A stretch of 64,000 nt of DNA from an uncultured Actinomycetes bacterium (GCA_963725665.1 CAVRZA010000006.1:64001-128000); one strand, 5' to 3'; shown: positions 20,784 through 31,771, counted from the first letter of the stretch. Notes: generated from the sequence alone by a model not told the origin. Translations and numbers: made by a program.

Positions 20784-21638
20784 CTATCTCTTCGCGACGC
20801 CCAGTATCTGTCTGGTCTCGTCGGGTGTGGCGGGTTCGATGTTCAGCTCCCTGGCGATGCGCACCGACCGCTCGACGAGCTGGGCGTTGCCCTCTGCCAG
20901 CACGCCCCTCGAGTAGTAGATGTTGTCCTCCAGCCCGACCCGGATCGCCCCGCCCATGACCATGCCCATCGTCGTCAGCGGCAGTTGGGCGGCCCTGGTC
21001 GCCGTCGTGTTGAAGTAGCAGTCGTCGGGCAGGAACTGATGCATCGACATCAGCGTCTCCGGGCTGGCCTCGACGGCGCCTTGATACGCCATCCCCAGCA
21101 CGAGGTTCACGTAGTACGGAGGATCGATCAGCCCCTTGTCTATCAGGTTGCGCACGTCCCGATACATGCTCTGGGAGTAGCACTCCATCTCGGGCTTGAT
21201 GCCGAGATCTTGCATCTTGGCGGCCCACGCCTCGATGTCTCTCGTGAGGTTGGAGAACGGCAAGCCGGCCTGGGGGCCAGTCTGGCGCATGAGCGTGCCC
21301 ATGTTGAGAGACGCCATCTCCGGTTTCGCCTCGAGGCACGCTACTCGCTCCTCGATCGTCAGGTTCGACCCGCCGCCGGTGGAGAACTGGATGATGATCT
21401 CACTGCACGCGCCGCGCACCGCGGCCATGATCTCGGCGAACTTCTCCCTGGTGCCGCAGGGCATTCCATGCTCGTCCCGGGCGTGGATATGGACGATCGC
21501 GGCGCCGGCGTCGTAGCACTCGGCCGCCGCGCGCGCGATCTCGTCCGGCTGCTCGGGGACGTTCGGGTTGTTCTCCTTGCGGACGAAGGCGCCGTTGAGG
21601 GCTGCAGTGATGATGACTTTGCCGGCGGGCAGTCTCAT
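20784..21638 (-). CDS. Beta-keto acid cleavage enzyme (BKACE/DUF849, Kce family)
   Basis: IITAALNGA, AGAAIVHIHAR, STGG, PEMASLNMG, IRVGLEDN, ATPDETR. Confidence 0.93.
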   Translation of the reverse strand: MRLPAGKVIITAALNGAFVRKENNPNVPEQPDEIARAAAECYDAGAAIVHIHARDEHGMPCGTREKFAEIMAAVRGACSEIIIQFSTGGGSNLTIEERVACLEAKPEMASLNMGTLMRQTGPQAGLPFSNLTRDIEAWAAKMQDLGIKPEMECYSQSMYRDVRNLIDKGLIDPPYYVNLVLGMAYQGAVEASPETLMSMHQFLPDDCYFNTTATRAAQLPLTTMGMVMGGAIRVGLEDNIYYSRGVLAEGNAQLVERSVRIARELNIEPATPDETRQILGVAKR

Positions 21639-21772
21639 GAATCCCTTGTCTCCGAGCTAACGCTCTCGCAGATCACATCTCGTGCCTCCGCGAGGACATC
21701 GAAGAGAGCATCATCGCTCTCTCTCGAGATGTCCTCCCCGCTGAGCGGCACGCCAGGAACAGGTGTAGGTGA

Positions 21773-21788
21773 TGATATTCCCATACCA
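21773..21788. promoter_or_regulatory. Palindromic operator TGATAT-N4-ATACCA
   Basis: Upstream of the BKACE-SDR-thiolase-MoaF operon. Confidence 0.7.
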
Positions 21789-21900
21789 CATGCTAGGACA
21801 AGCATACCGTGCCATCACGCACCCGGCGATCCCGGCCCCGGAAGCACGAAGGGACCCGAGCCGTGTCCCTCGCGTCAGGTTCGATGTCCTCAGGAGCTGA

Positions 21901-22748
21901 TTACCGCCCCGTCCCGGCATACCCGAAGAACTCGGAGAGCGACGCGGCGGTCGCCTTCACCGCGTCGGCGCAGGCCTGTCTCTCCTCGAGACCGAAGCGA
22001 CCGGTCGGGACCACGAGCCCCAGCGTGGCGATGACGTTTCCCATCTGGTCGCGGACGGGCGCGACGACGGCACACGTGCCGATGTCGCGCTCTTCGAGGT
22101 CGAACGCCACACCCTCGCTCCTGACCTTCTCCAGCTCGCGCGCGAGCTCGCGCGGGTCCGTGATCGTCCTGGGCGTGCGTCGAGCGCGCGGCTGGTTGAC
22201 AATGGCTTCTCGTTCGGCGTCCGACTTCCAGGCCGCGAACGTCTTGCCGTGGGCGTTCGCAGTGTCGCCGATGACGCGCCCGACCGCCACCTCGCGTTTG
22301 AGGGGCCGCGTCGAGGCGACCATATCGACGCAGACCGCCACTCCGTCGACCTCGACCGCCAGAGTGGCCGACTCACCGCTCGACTCAACCAGCGATTCGA
22401 GATACGGGCGTGCGATCGCCACAAGCTGGGCGTAGCCTTCGGACAGGTAGATCGCCGCCAGCAGAGCGGGGCCTAGATGGTACCTGCCGGTCACCGGATC
22501 GGTGACCAGGTAGCCCGCACCCTGCAGGGTGCGGGCCATGCGGTAGCCGGTCATGCGCGGCAGGCCCAGTCGCGCCACCATCTCGTCGAGGCTCCACTCG
22601 CGATGCTCGGCGTCGAAGAGGCCGAGCATCGCGAGCCCCTTGGCCAACGCCCGGACTACGAACGGGATCATCGCCGTCGGCGCTGCCCGACGCTGCCCCC
22701 AGCCGGCCCGCGTTTGCGCTTGCTCCTGGATCGATCCCCTTTTGCCAT
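21901..22748 (-). CDS. IclR-family regulator (read in-frame with upstream AOR in this sequence)
   Basis: VRALAKGL..LPRMTGYRMARTL, GESATLAVEVDG, CAVVAPVRDQMG; own RBS GAGGAAG and ATG at 22748 is out of frame. Confidence 0.88.
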
Positions 22749-22763
22749 GACTTCCTCGATGTC

Positions 22764-24477
22764 CTAGCTCGGCGAACACGCTGTCGAGGTCTGCCTCGCT
22801 CACGTCGAAACGATTCCCGGTGGGCGGCAACGCCTCGTTCACCATGAAGGCCGGCAGCCTGTCGTCGGCCGCGGTGAAGCCGGCGCGACGGTTGAAGTCG
22901 CGCTCCTGCTTCACGATCTGGCTGCCCAGAACGATGAGGTAGTCCTCAGGCAGCGCTTTACCGGTGAGGGCCGCCACGGCGGAGACCAGTTGGCCCTGGA
23001 GCTCCGGCATGTCGAGCGGGGGCAGGCACGCGAACAGGCACATGCCCAAGGCATCGATCGCGGCGAAGTAGGCCTGCAGGAACTGCGACATCTGCGCCTG
23101 CCCCTCCGACGAGCTTGGGTCGTAGGCCGGGTTGGCGGGGCTGGGCAGAGCGTTGCCCGCTGTGTGGTCCCCACCCTGAGGGCTGGTCGCGTAGGTGACC
23201 CCGGTGCCCTTGAGCACCCTCGGTTCCCAGGCGGCGATCCCCTGGCCCTTGACGGCGGGTATGCGGGCGACTCCGAGCGCCGTGCCGGTGGCGACGCAGC
23301 CGTTGGCGATCAGCCTGGCGTTCTCGTCGCCGGAGGTCAGCTTGCCGAGCAGCTCGTGCACGGCAGCACCGTCGCCCCAGGGGAGCAGACCGCCCTCCAT
23401 GGCGACCCCGACCGCCGCCCCAATCTCGATGGTGTCGAGCCCGAGGTCGTCGCAGAGACGGTCGATGCGCGCCAGTTGATCGAGGTCGGTGATGGCGCAG
23501 TTCGAGCCCAGGAGCCCCAGGCTCTCGAACTCGAAGCCCGAGGTGACCTCGTTGCCGTCTTCGTCGGTGAAGACTTGGGAGCAGTTGATCACGCAGCCCG
23601 CCATGCAGCGGTGCTTGGCCTCGCTGTTCGGGCGTTCGGCCATCAGCTCCACCAGGCGCGCACCGTTGATCTTGTCTGCGCCCTCGAACTCACCGGCCGA
23701 GAAGTTCCTGGTGACCAGGCAGCCCATGGGGTTGGCGACATCCACGAGGAAGGCTGAGCCCAGCGCCTCCAAGGCCCCCACCGCCGGGTGCGAGCGGATG
23801 CCCTTCGAGAAGCTAGAGGCCGCGGCCTTCATGGCGGCCGGGTCGGCGGGCTTCACAGCACGACCGCCGGCATCGTCGATGACGATGGCCTTGAGGTTCT
23901 TGGCGCCCATGACGGCGCCCAGGCCGCCCCGGGCCGCGGCACGCAGCCGGAAGTCGGGACTCGTCACCGTGACCGACGCCGCCTTGAGCTGCAGCTCGCC
24001 CGCGGGCCCGGCACAGATGATCGACACACCTTCGCCGTAGCGCTCGCGAAGTCTCTGCACGGTGTCACGATTCCCGAGCCCCTTGAGCTCGCCGGCCGCC
24101 ACCAGCGCACCTCCGTCCGCCGCCACCTCAAGGAGGCTGAGCGAGTCGGCCCGACCCGTCACCTTGATGCCGCGCAGGTCGAGTTGGGCCATCTTGCGGG
24201 CGGCCGACCCACCTGCGTTGGCCTCTTTGATGCCGCCCGTCAGCGGGCTCTTCGCCCCGACCGAGAGCCGGCCGCTGTTGGGGATCGACGTACCGGCCAG
24301 GATGCCCGCGGCGTACACCAGGACGTTGTCGGGACCGAGCGGATCCGCCTTGGGGTCGACCTCCTGGGCCACGATGGCAGACGTAAGGCCGTGACCGCCG
24401 AGCTTCTCCAGCTCTTCGGACAGCGCCTCCCTGGTCACCGTGCCGTGGGTCAAGTCAACGTTGAGAAGGTCGGCCAT
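22764..24477 (-). CDS. Aldehyde:ferredoxin oxidoreductase (tungstopterin AOR family)
   Basis: AKSPLTGGIKEANAGG, GPAGE, AARGGLGAVMGAKNLKA, CMAGCVINC, EFES, CDDLGLDTI, DALGMC, ERDFNRRAG, DRLP. Confidence 0.92.
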
Positions 24478-24586
24478 GGTCCATCACATCCTTCACGGAG
24501 CAGTTGGCGGCTCTTCAGTGCGTAACTTGGGCGCTGGCCTCGATGCCTGGACGCCGCAGCAATCCCGTTCGGCGCGCTGCACGCTA

Positions 24587-24601
24587 TGGTATCAGGATAT
24601 C
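24587..24601. promoter_or_regulatory. Palindromic operator TGGTAT-N4-ATATC
   Basis: Upstream of the AOR-IclR genes. Confidence 0.7.
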
Positions 24602-24621
24602 GATTCGTGCCAACAAGGTCC

Positions 24622-25413
24622 CTACCGGCCCGTATAGGTCGGCTTCCGCTTCTCGAGGAACGCCCTGGCGCCTTCCTTCTGGTCGTCGGTGCCGAAGCAG
24701 AGGGCGAACAGGTCGCGCTCGTAGCTCATGCCGACGGAGAGCGGCGTCTCGATGCGACTTGTTGACGGCGATCTTGGCCAGCCTGAGCATCACCGGGCTG
24801 TTCCTCAGAAGATCGCCGACCAACTGCTCGGTCGCCTCCCTGCAGCTCGGCCAGCGGAACGACTCTGGTTGACGATGCCTAGGCCGAGCGCTTCGTCCGC
24901 GGACATCATGCGCCCGGTGAAGATGAGCTCCTTGGCCCTCTTCTCGCCCATCAGACGCGGCAGCATCTGCGTCCCTCCGCACCCCGGGATGACGCCCACC
25001 CGGATCTCGGGCTGACCGAACTTGGCGCTGTCTCGCGGCGATCGATCGAGTCGCACGCCAGGACCAGCTCGCACCCGCCGCCGAGAGCCAGGCCGTTCAC
25101 CGCGGCGATGACCGGCTTGGGCATCTCGCGGATCGTCTCGTACGGACGCCTTCTCGCCTTGGCGGTTATGACGTCGACGGGGTACCTCGACGGGAACTGG
25201 CTGATGTCGGCGCCGGCGCTGAAGGCCTTCTCGCCGGCGCCGGTGATCACCACCACGTACACGTCGTCGTCGAGCGCTGGCCTGTTCCAGCGCCTGCGAC
25301 GAGCTCGGCGCGCAGCTCGTCGCTCTGCGCGTTGAGCACTTCGGGCCGGTTCAGCGTGATCCACGCCGCGTGTCGGCCTTCTCGTAGATGATCGACGCGT
25401 ATTCACCGGGCAT
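24622..25413 (-). CDS. Enoyl-CoA hydratase/crotonase, frameshifted
   Basis: TLNRPE.LNA, ITGAGEKAFSAGADI, PVIAAVNGLALGGGCE, FGQPEIRVG, AFLEKRKP. Confidence 0.9.
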
Positions 25414-25422
25414 GGGTCTCTC

Positions 25423-26624
25423 CTAGCTGTCTTCAGCTCTGATGATCGCGCGCGTTGTTGCCCGCCATGCCGTAGACCTCGGACATGCCCACCTTGGCGC
25501 CCTCGACCTGCCTCGCCCCGCACTGGCCCCTCAGCTGCAGGACCATCTCGTAGACCTGGGCGAACCCCTGGGCCATGGTGGCTTCGCCGAAGCTCGAGAA
25601 GCCCGCCGCTGGGGCAGACCGGGAGCCTGCCGCCGATCATCGTCTCGCCGCGCTCGAGCGCGAGGTGCGCGGTGCCCTCCTCGAAGAGGCCCATGGTCTC
25701 GAGGTACTGGAAGTAGTGCCACGAGCTGTTGTCGGGGACTTCGACGAAGTCGACGTCTTCCGGGCCCATGCCCGGCCTGCTCGTAGGCCGCCTTCGCCGC
25801 CACCCAGCTCTCGCTGATGATCGGCACGCCCTCCTTGGGCTGGAAGCCCAGCACCGGGATGCGGGTCGTCGGGTCGCCGTACAGCGGACTGCCCAGAGCC
25901 GCGAGCGCCGATCGTGATCGGCTTGCCGGTGTACTGCTTCGCCTTCTTGGCGCTGCACAGGATCACCGCGCCGGCCCCGTCGCTGGTGGCGCAGATCTCG
26001 TAGGAGTCGCAGCGGGTCGGTGACCATCGGCGACGCGAGGACCTCCTCGAGGGTGAACTCCTTGCGGTAGCGGGCCATCGGGTTCAGCGCGCCGTGCTTG
26101 CTGGTCGCGACCTTCACCATGGGCCAGGTGCTCGTCGGTGATGCCGTGCCTGGCCATCTTCTTGCGGCATTCGAGCGCCCAGAAGATGGGATTCGGCAGG
26201 CCCATCTGCCAGCGCATGGTGTCGTCGGACGGCACCGGCTCCTCGTGGTACGGCGGCAGGAAGGGGAAGAAGCCCTTCGCGGACTTGTCGGCGCTCACGG
26301 CGAGCACGACGTCCGCGTAGCCGGAGGCGACCATCGCCGCCGCGACGGTGATGCACGTGCCGCCGGTGGCGCAGGCGTTGTTGACGTTGATCGTGGGCAC
26401 GCCGGTGTAGCCCATCACCTCGTCGAAGTAGTTGCCCGAGTAGATGCCCTTGCGACCTCCCCAGTTCTGCGAGCCGGAGACGACCGCCTGGACGTCCTTC
26501 CAGCGGATCGCCGGCGTCGGCCAGGGCCTCGTTGGCGGCGTCCGCACGCCATGTGGGTCCAGAACTTCTCGGGGAACTTGCCCCACGGATGCAGCCCGAC
26601 GCCGATGATCGCGATCTCTTCCAC
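25423..26624 (-). CDS. SCP2-type thiolase / lipid-transfer-protein family, frameshifted
   Basis: IIGVGLHPWGKF, NVNNACATGG, HGALNP.ARYRK, DGAGAVIL, CPSGG..SFGEATMAQG, RQVEGA. Confidence 0.87.
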
Positions 26625-26663
26625 TGTCCGTCTCCCTTACGAAAGCCGAGCCGCGGGAGGCGC

Positions 26664-27095
26664 TCAGACGCTCTTGAACTTCCAGCCGACGAGCTCCTCG
26701 CCCTTCTTCGTTCGTGTAGAGCACGGGACGACGGTCTTGACTTCCATGCCGATGGAGACGTCGGCGGGAGCGCAGTCCTCCATCATGCCGATGATGTGGA
26801 TGCCTTCGGGCAGTTCCGACCGCGACCACGGGGATCGGCTCGGTAGTCCTTCGACGCCACGTAGGGCGGCGGCGGCGGATAGCTCATGGCTGAGTAGTGT
26901 CGAGACCGTGCCGGTCGGGACTGAGGGGGACGTCTTCGACGTCCCTGGCCTCGCACTCCGGGTTGTGGCAGGTGAAGGTCCTGCGGGAAGAAGTAGTCGC
27001 CGCACGACTTGCAGTGCGTGCCGATGAGATGGCCGTCACCCAGCTCCGGAGATGAACAACCCCTCCCCCAGCAGCACTCGCTTGATCTCCGTCAT
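26664..27095 (-). CDS. Zn-ribbon/OB-fold (DUF35, ChsH2-like) partner protein, frameshifted
   Basis: HLIGTHCKSCG.YFFP...CHNPEC; ELPEGIHIIG..VSIGMEV..VGWKFK. Confidence 0.85.
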
Positions 27096-27135
27096 GTGTG
27101 ACTCCCTCCGTATCGCAGCTGCAGTGGCGAGCTTC

Positions 27136-28356
27136 TCAGTCGACGACGCGACTCCTCTCGGAGCCGGGGATCTCGTCGGGGCCGTAGCCGAGCTCCGACG
27201 AGGATCTCCTCGGTCTGCTCGCCCAGTCGAGGCGTCGGCGACTTGATCGACGACAGGCGCCTCGCAGAACTTGGTCGGTGCGTTGATCGACCTGATGCGG
27301 CCGAGATCGGGCTGATCGACCTCGACGAAGAAGTCGTTGATCGAGGGCCTGCGGGTCGTCGATCACGTCGAGCGGGCGAGAGGATCGGCCCGTACATGAG
27401 GTTCTCGCCGCGTCAGTCGCGTCTCCCACTCGGCGTACGTGCGCGGCAGGAGAAGACCTCGTTCAGCAGCGGCGACAGCACGTCGCGATGCTCCTGTCGC
27501 ATGTCCGTCGTCGCGAAGCGCGGGATCCTCCGCCAGGTCCGGCCTCTCCATGGCGCGGCAGAACGCGGTCCAGAACGCGCTGCCGGAGGGATCGGCGGCC
27601 TTGGCATAACGATCGGCCGCCGTGAGCTGCAGCCAGCGCCCGTCTTTGCACTGGTAGACGTCGTAGAAGGGGTTGTCGGACTTGGACGGGTCCACTCGCC
27701 TCAGAGGCAGGCCGAAGAGCGCGTCCATGACGTCGGCGCCCACCATCCACACGCCGGTGTGGTACAGGTTGAACTCGACCTTCTGGCCCTCGCCCGTCCG
27801 CTCCCGGTGGTAGAGCGCCGCCGCGATGCCGCCGAAGATCTGCATCGACGAGACGCTGTCGATGATGCCGGGGCGGGAGGCCGGTGGAGGAGTGCCCGGG
27901 GCGCTCAGCATGTCCTGGATCCCCGAGCGCGCCCAGCCGGCGGCGAAGTCGTAGCCGGCCATGTCCTTGTCGGGTCCGATGGTCCCGTACGCCGACACGA
28001 TCCCGTAGATGATCCTCGGGTTGATCTCGCGGAGGGTCTCGTAGTCCAGCCCAGCCGCTCGAGAGAGCCGGCCTGGTAGTTGGTCAGGAACACGTCGTGA
28101 CTCGCGCACGAGCTTGTACACGATGTCCTTGCCGGCCTCCTGCTTCAGGTTGACGGCGATGCTCTTCTTGCTGCGATTGTGCAGGTAGAACCCGGGATTG
28201 ACGTCGGTCCCGCGGAACGTGCGTGACTGGTCGCCGGTGAGCGGCTCGACCTTGATGACCTGCGGCGCCGCAGTCCCCCATCATCGAGGAGGCCGCCGGG
28301 ACCGCCACCACGTGCCCCATCTCGATGATCCTCACGCCCTCTAGTATGTCTGCCAT
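27136..28356 (-). CDS. Family III CoA-transferase (CaiB/BaiF), frameshifted
   Basis: LEGVRIIEMGHVVAVP, IKVEP, NRSKKSI.VNLK, INPRIIY..SAYG, GYD, IID, ALYHRERTGEGQ, PRLGEQTEEIL. Confidence 0.9.
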
Positions 28357-28498
28357 GCGTCCCTCCGTAGTGTGGCAGCAGGATCCCTGCGATCGAACGT
28401 GATCACGTCCCGCGTGACGCGCGGCCGCTGAGTCGTTACGGCGCGCAGCCTCCCCACGCCGACGTGGTCTCCCGCACGCGGACGCGTCTGCTCGATAA

Positions 28499-28514
28499 TG
28501 GTATGTGCATATCA
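28499..28514. promoter_or_regulatory. Palindromic operator TGGTAT-N4-ATATCA
   Basis: Upstream of the CoA-transferase/DUF35/thiolase/crotonase operon. Confidence 0.7.
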
Positions 28515-28666
28515 TATCGCAACAGAGGGATGCTACAAACAGCTCGCGCGAGTCCGGTCGACTCCACGCCGGTGAGGGCACGCGCAGGCGCAGTCGAGCT
28601 GTGCGTACCTTCGAGCGGGCGGGCGCAGCCGGTCTGCGACGACGACGTGCGAGCGGGCCAGCGGGC

Positions 28667-29464
28667 TCAGTCGACCGGCAGCCCGAAGAAGTCGCGCGGG
28701 TTCTCCCAGCAGACCTCGTCGATCGTGGTCTCTGTCGAGACCCATCAGGCGCATGGCGAGCATCACGCGCGGCACCATGAAGTAGTCGTTGCCCTGGCCG
28801 CCGAGCTCGGAGTTGATGAGGATCCTGCTCGCGCCCGTCGGGGTTGTCGATCACGAAGCGCGCGGCCGCCTCGGGCGGCATCTTGTCCCAGCAGATGGAG
28901 AGGCCCACCATGGCGCCGGTCCCCATGCGGAAGTCGAGCGTCTCCTCGCCGGCGTGGTCGAACACGCAGCGCTCCACCGGGAAGCCCTCCTCCTCGATGA
29001 TCTCCAGGACCCTGGGCGTGACGGTCTGACCCTGCGGCGCCAGGCGGATCGGCGTGTGCAGGATCACCGGCAGGTCGTTGGCCTTGGCGAGGCGCAGGTG
29101 CTCGCGGAAGAGGTCCTCCTCGAACTGGGTCGCGCAGTCGAGGCCGATCTCGCCTATGGCCACGACGCGCTCGTGCTCCAGGAAGTCGGGCAGCTTGGCG
29201 AGGCACGTCTCGGCGTCGGCGTGGTTGACGCCGAAGAAGGGCACCGAGAGAGAGGCGAACGCCTCGAAGCCGAGCGTCTTGGCCGTGTTGACCTCCATGG
29301 TGAGGAAGCGCTCCCAGAGGAGCAGCACGGTGTCGGCGTCGTGGCGTGCCGAGGAACATGTGCGGGCTGGGGATCACCGCCGCATCCATGCCCATCATGA
29401 CCAGCTTCTGGAGCTGGACGTCCTCGATCATGTCGGTGTGCAGATGCGAGTCGATGAACCTCAC
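28667..29464 (-). CDS. TatD-like amidohydrolase-superfamily metallohydrolase, frameshifted
   Basis: FIDSHLH, AIGEIGLD, LPVILHTP, FDHA, INSE, ENPRDFF. Confidence 0.85.
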
Positions 29465-29489
29465 GTGAAGCACCTCCCTCGACCGTAGC

Positions 29490-31005
29490 CTACGACGTTC
29501 CGCCCGTTCGACCACGCGGCGCGAGCGCCGCCGACGCGCTGCCCCGTCGGCCAGGCGGCGCGAGCGCCGCTACGACGCCCCGCTTCGTTGCGGTGGCCCG
29601 TCGCCGCAGCTCGTCCCACAGACCGCGCACGTGCTCCAGCTCGGTCGCCTGCGCGCCGATGGAGACGCGGATCATCTGCCTGCCCTTGAGCACCGACGGC
29701 GTCAGGTAGTAGCGACCGCCGCGGTTGATCTCGGCGGCGATGGTCAGGTTGTGCGCCGCCAGCGCCGGCTCGTCGCCGCGCAACCTTTCGGGCACGTGAC
29801 GCAGGCAGACGGTCTGCAGGGGGACCGGCGCGAGGCGCTCCCAGTCGCGGCTCTGCGTCGACCTGCTCCTTGAGCCACTGCGCGTTGGCGACGTCGCGGC
29901 GCAGCCGAGCCTGCAGCCCCTCCACGCCGTGCTCCCTGATGAGGAACCAGAGCTTGAGGGCGCGGAATCGGCGCCCGAGCGGGATGCCCCAGTCGCGCAG
30001 ATTGCGCGCCACGCCGTCGTGCGCCGTGCGCAGGTAGCTGGGGTCGGTGCTCATGACCCGCACGAGGTGCTCGGAGTCGCGTACGTAGTAGGCGGAGAGG
30101 TCGAAGGCGGTGCCCAGCCACTTGTGCGGGTTGAACACCAGCGAGTCGGCCGCCTCGACGCCGCGCCACATCCAGCGGAACTCGGGACAGATCATGGCCG
30201 AGCCGGCGAGGGCGGCGTCGACGTGCAGCCACATGCCGTGGCGCCGGGCGACGGCGGCGATGTCGGCCACGGGATCGAGGGCGGTCGTGGCCGTCGTTCC
30301 GACGGTGGCCACGACCGCACACGGGCGTCGACCCGCCTCGAGGTCGGCGGTCACGGCGGCCTCGAGGAGGTCGACGCGCAGGGCGTGCTCGTCGTCGGTC
30401 GCGACGAGACGCAGGTGGTCGCGACCGAAGCCGGCCAGCAGGGCGGCCTTGGGGATCGAGCTGTGCGCCTGGTCGGAGGCGTACACGACGAGCGGCGGCC
30501 CCTCGCCTTGCAGGCCGCCGCTCTCCTGACCGAAGTCGGTTGCCCGCTCGCGCGCGCACAGGAGGGCGCACAACGTACAGGTGCTGGCGGTGTCCTGGAT
30601 CACGCCGCTGAACGTCTCGGGCAGGCCGACCATCTGACGCAGCCACTCCATGACCACGTTCTCGACTTCGGTGGCCGCCGGGCTCGTCTGCCAGCTCATG
30701 CCCTGACTGCCGAGCCCGGTCGAGACGAGGTCGGCGAGCACCGACGAGAGGTCGGCGTTGGAGGGAAAGTAGGCGAAGAAGCCGGGGTGGTTCCAGTGGG
30801 TGATCCCCGGCAGCACCAGGCGTTCGAGGTCGGCGACGATCGACTCGAACCCCTCAGGCCGCAGCGGTGGCTCGGCGGCGAACAGCGCCTCGAGGTCCCC
30901 CGGCTCGACGCGGCTCATCACGGGGTACTGCTCGATGCGCTCGCGGTAGTCGGCGATCCACTCGACCAGCTCGTGACCGAGACGGCGGAACTCCTCGGGG
31001 TCCAT
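29490..31005 (-). CDS. Group II PLP decarboxylase, aromatic-L-amino-acid decarboxylase type; one frameshift near 29850
   Basis: MDPEEFRR.G, PGITHWNHP.FFAYFP, WQTSPAATE, AHSS, HVDAA, FNPHKW, DWGIPLGRRFRALKLW. Confidence 0.92.
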
Positions 31006-31033
31006 CCCTGCCTCCCTTGCGCCCGGTACCGGG

Positions 31034-31696
31034 CTACTGCACCCAGGTCACCAGCTCGTCTAAGCCCGCGCGGGTGCGCTCGAAGCGGTTGGCCGCTGCC
31101 TCATAGTCGGGGTGGCCAAGCGTGACGCCGACCACGAACCGCTTGCCGTCGCTCCCCGGCAGCAGCTCGCGCAGCAGCTCCGGGTAGCGCACGATGGTGG
31201 CCACGATACAGGTGCCCAAGCCCCTGTCGTAGGCGGCGAGACAGACGCTCTGCACGAGCGACCCGGTGTCGAAAGAGGCGTACTCGGGCGCGAGGCAGTC
31301 CTCGATGCCGAACGCCAGCAGACAGGGAGCGCCGAACAGGTTGGCCATGCGCGCCAGGGCGGCCGCCGGGTCGGTGGCCTCGCCGGCGGCCGCCAGCGAG
31401 GCCGCCCGGGCCTGCATCATGCTGGTCGTCCTCGCCGAACACGCCGCCGGCCAGTCGTTGGTGGGCACGAAGTCGGGGCTCGGCGGTTCGCCGTCGTCTA
31501 CCGCGCTCTTGAAGCGCTCCTTGAAGCGCTTCAGCGCCTCGCCGGTGACGACCCAGATGCTCCACGCCTGCGTGTTGCGCCACGAGGGCGACCAGCGCGC
31601 CTCGTCGAGGATCTCCTCGATCAGCTCGCGCGCGACGGGCTCAGCGGTGTAGGCGCGGATGCTGCGCCGTCCGCGCAGCACCGTCTCGAATTCCAT
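31034..31696 (-). CDS. Nitroreductase-family flavoprotein
   Basis: RRSIRAY, SPSWRNTQAW, FGAP, FDTG, GLGTC, LGHPD. Confidence 0.92.
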   Translation of the reverse strand: MEFETVLRGRRSIRAYTAEPVARELIEEILDEARWSPSWRNTQAWSIWVVTGEALKRFKERFKSAVDDGEPPSPDFVPTNDWPAACSARTTSMMQARAASLAAAGEATDPAAALARMANLFGAPCLLAFGIEDCLAPEYASFDTGSLVQSVCLAAYDRGLGTCIVATIVRYPELLRELLPGSDGKRFVVGVTLGHPDYEAAANRFERTRAGLDELVTWVQ

Positions 31697-31771
31697 CCGT
31701 CCTCCAAACGTCCACAGGCCTGCCGACGCCGACAGGGCGCCGCGCGGCGCTGCGCCGCGCGGCGCCGACTC

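Noticed and set aside
20784-21638. Lysine fermentation kce
   Set aside because: Lacks the amine-binding Glu and no kamA, kamDE, kdd or kal genes are present.
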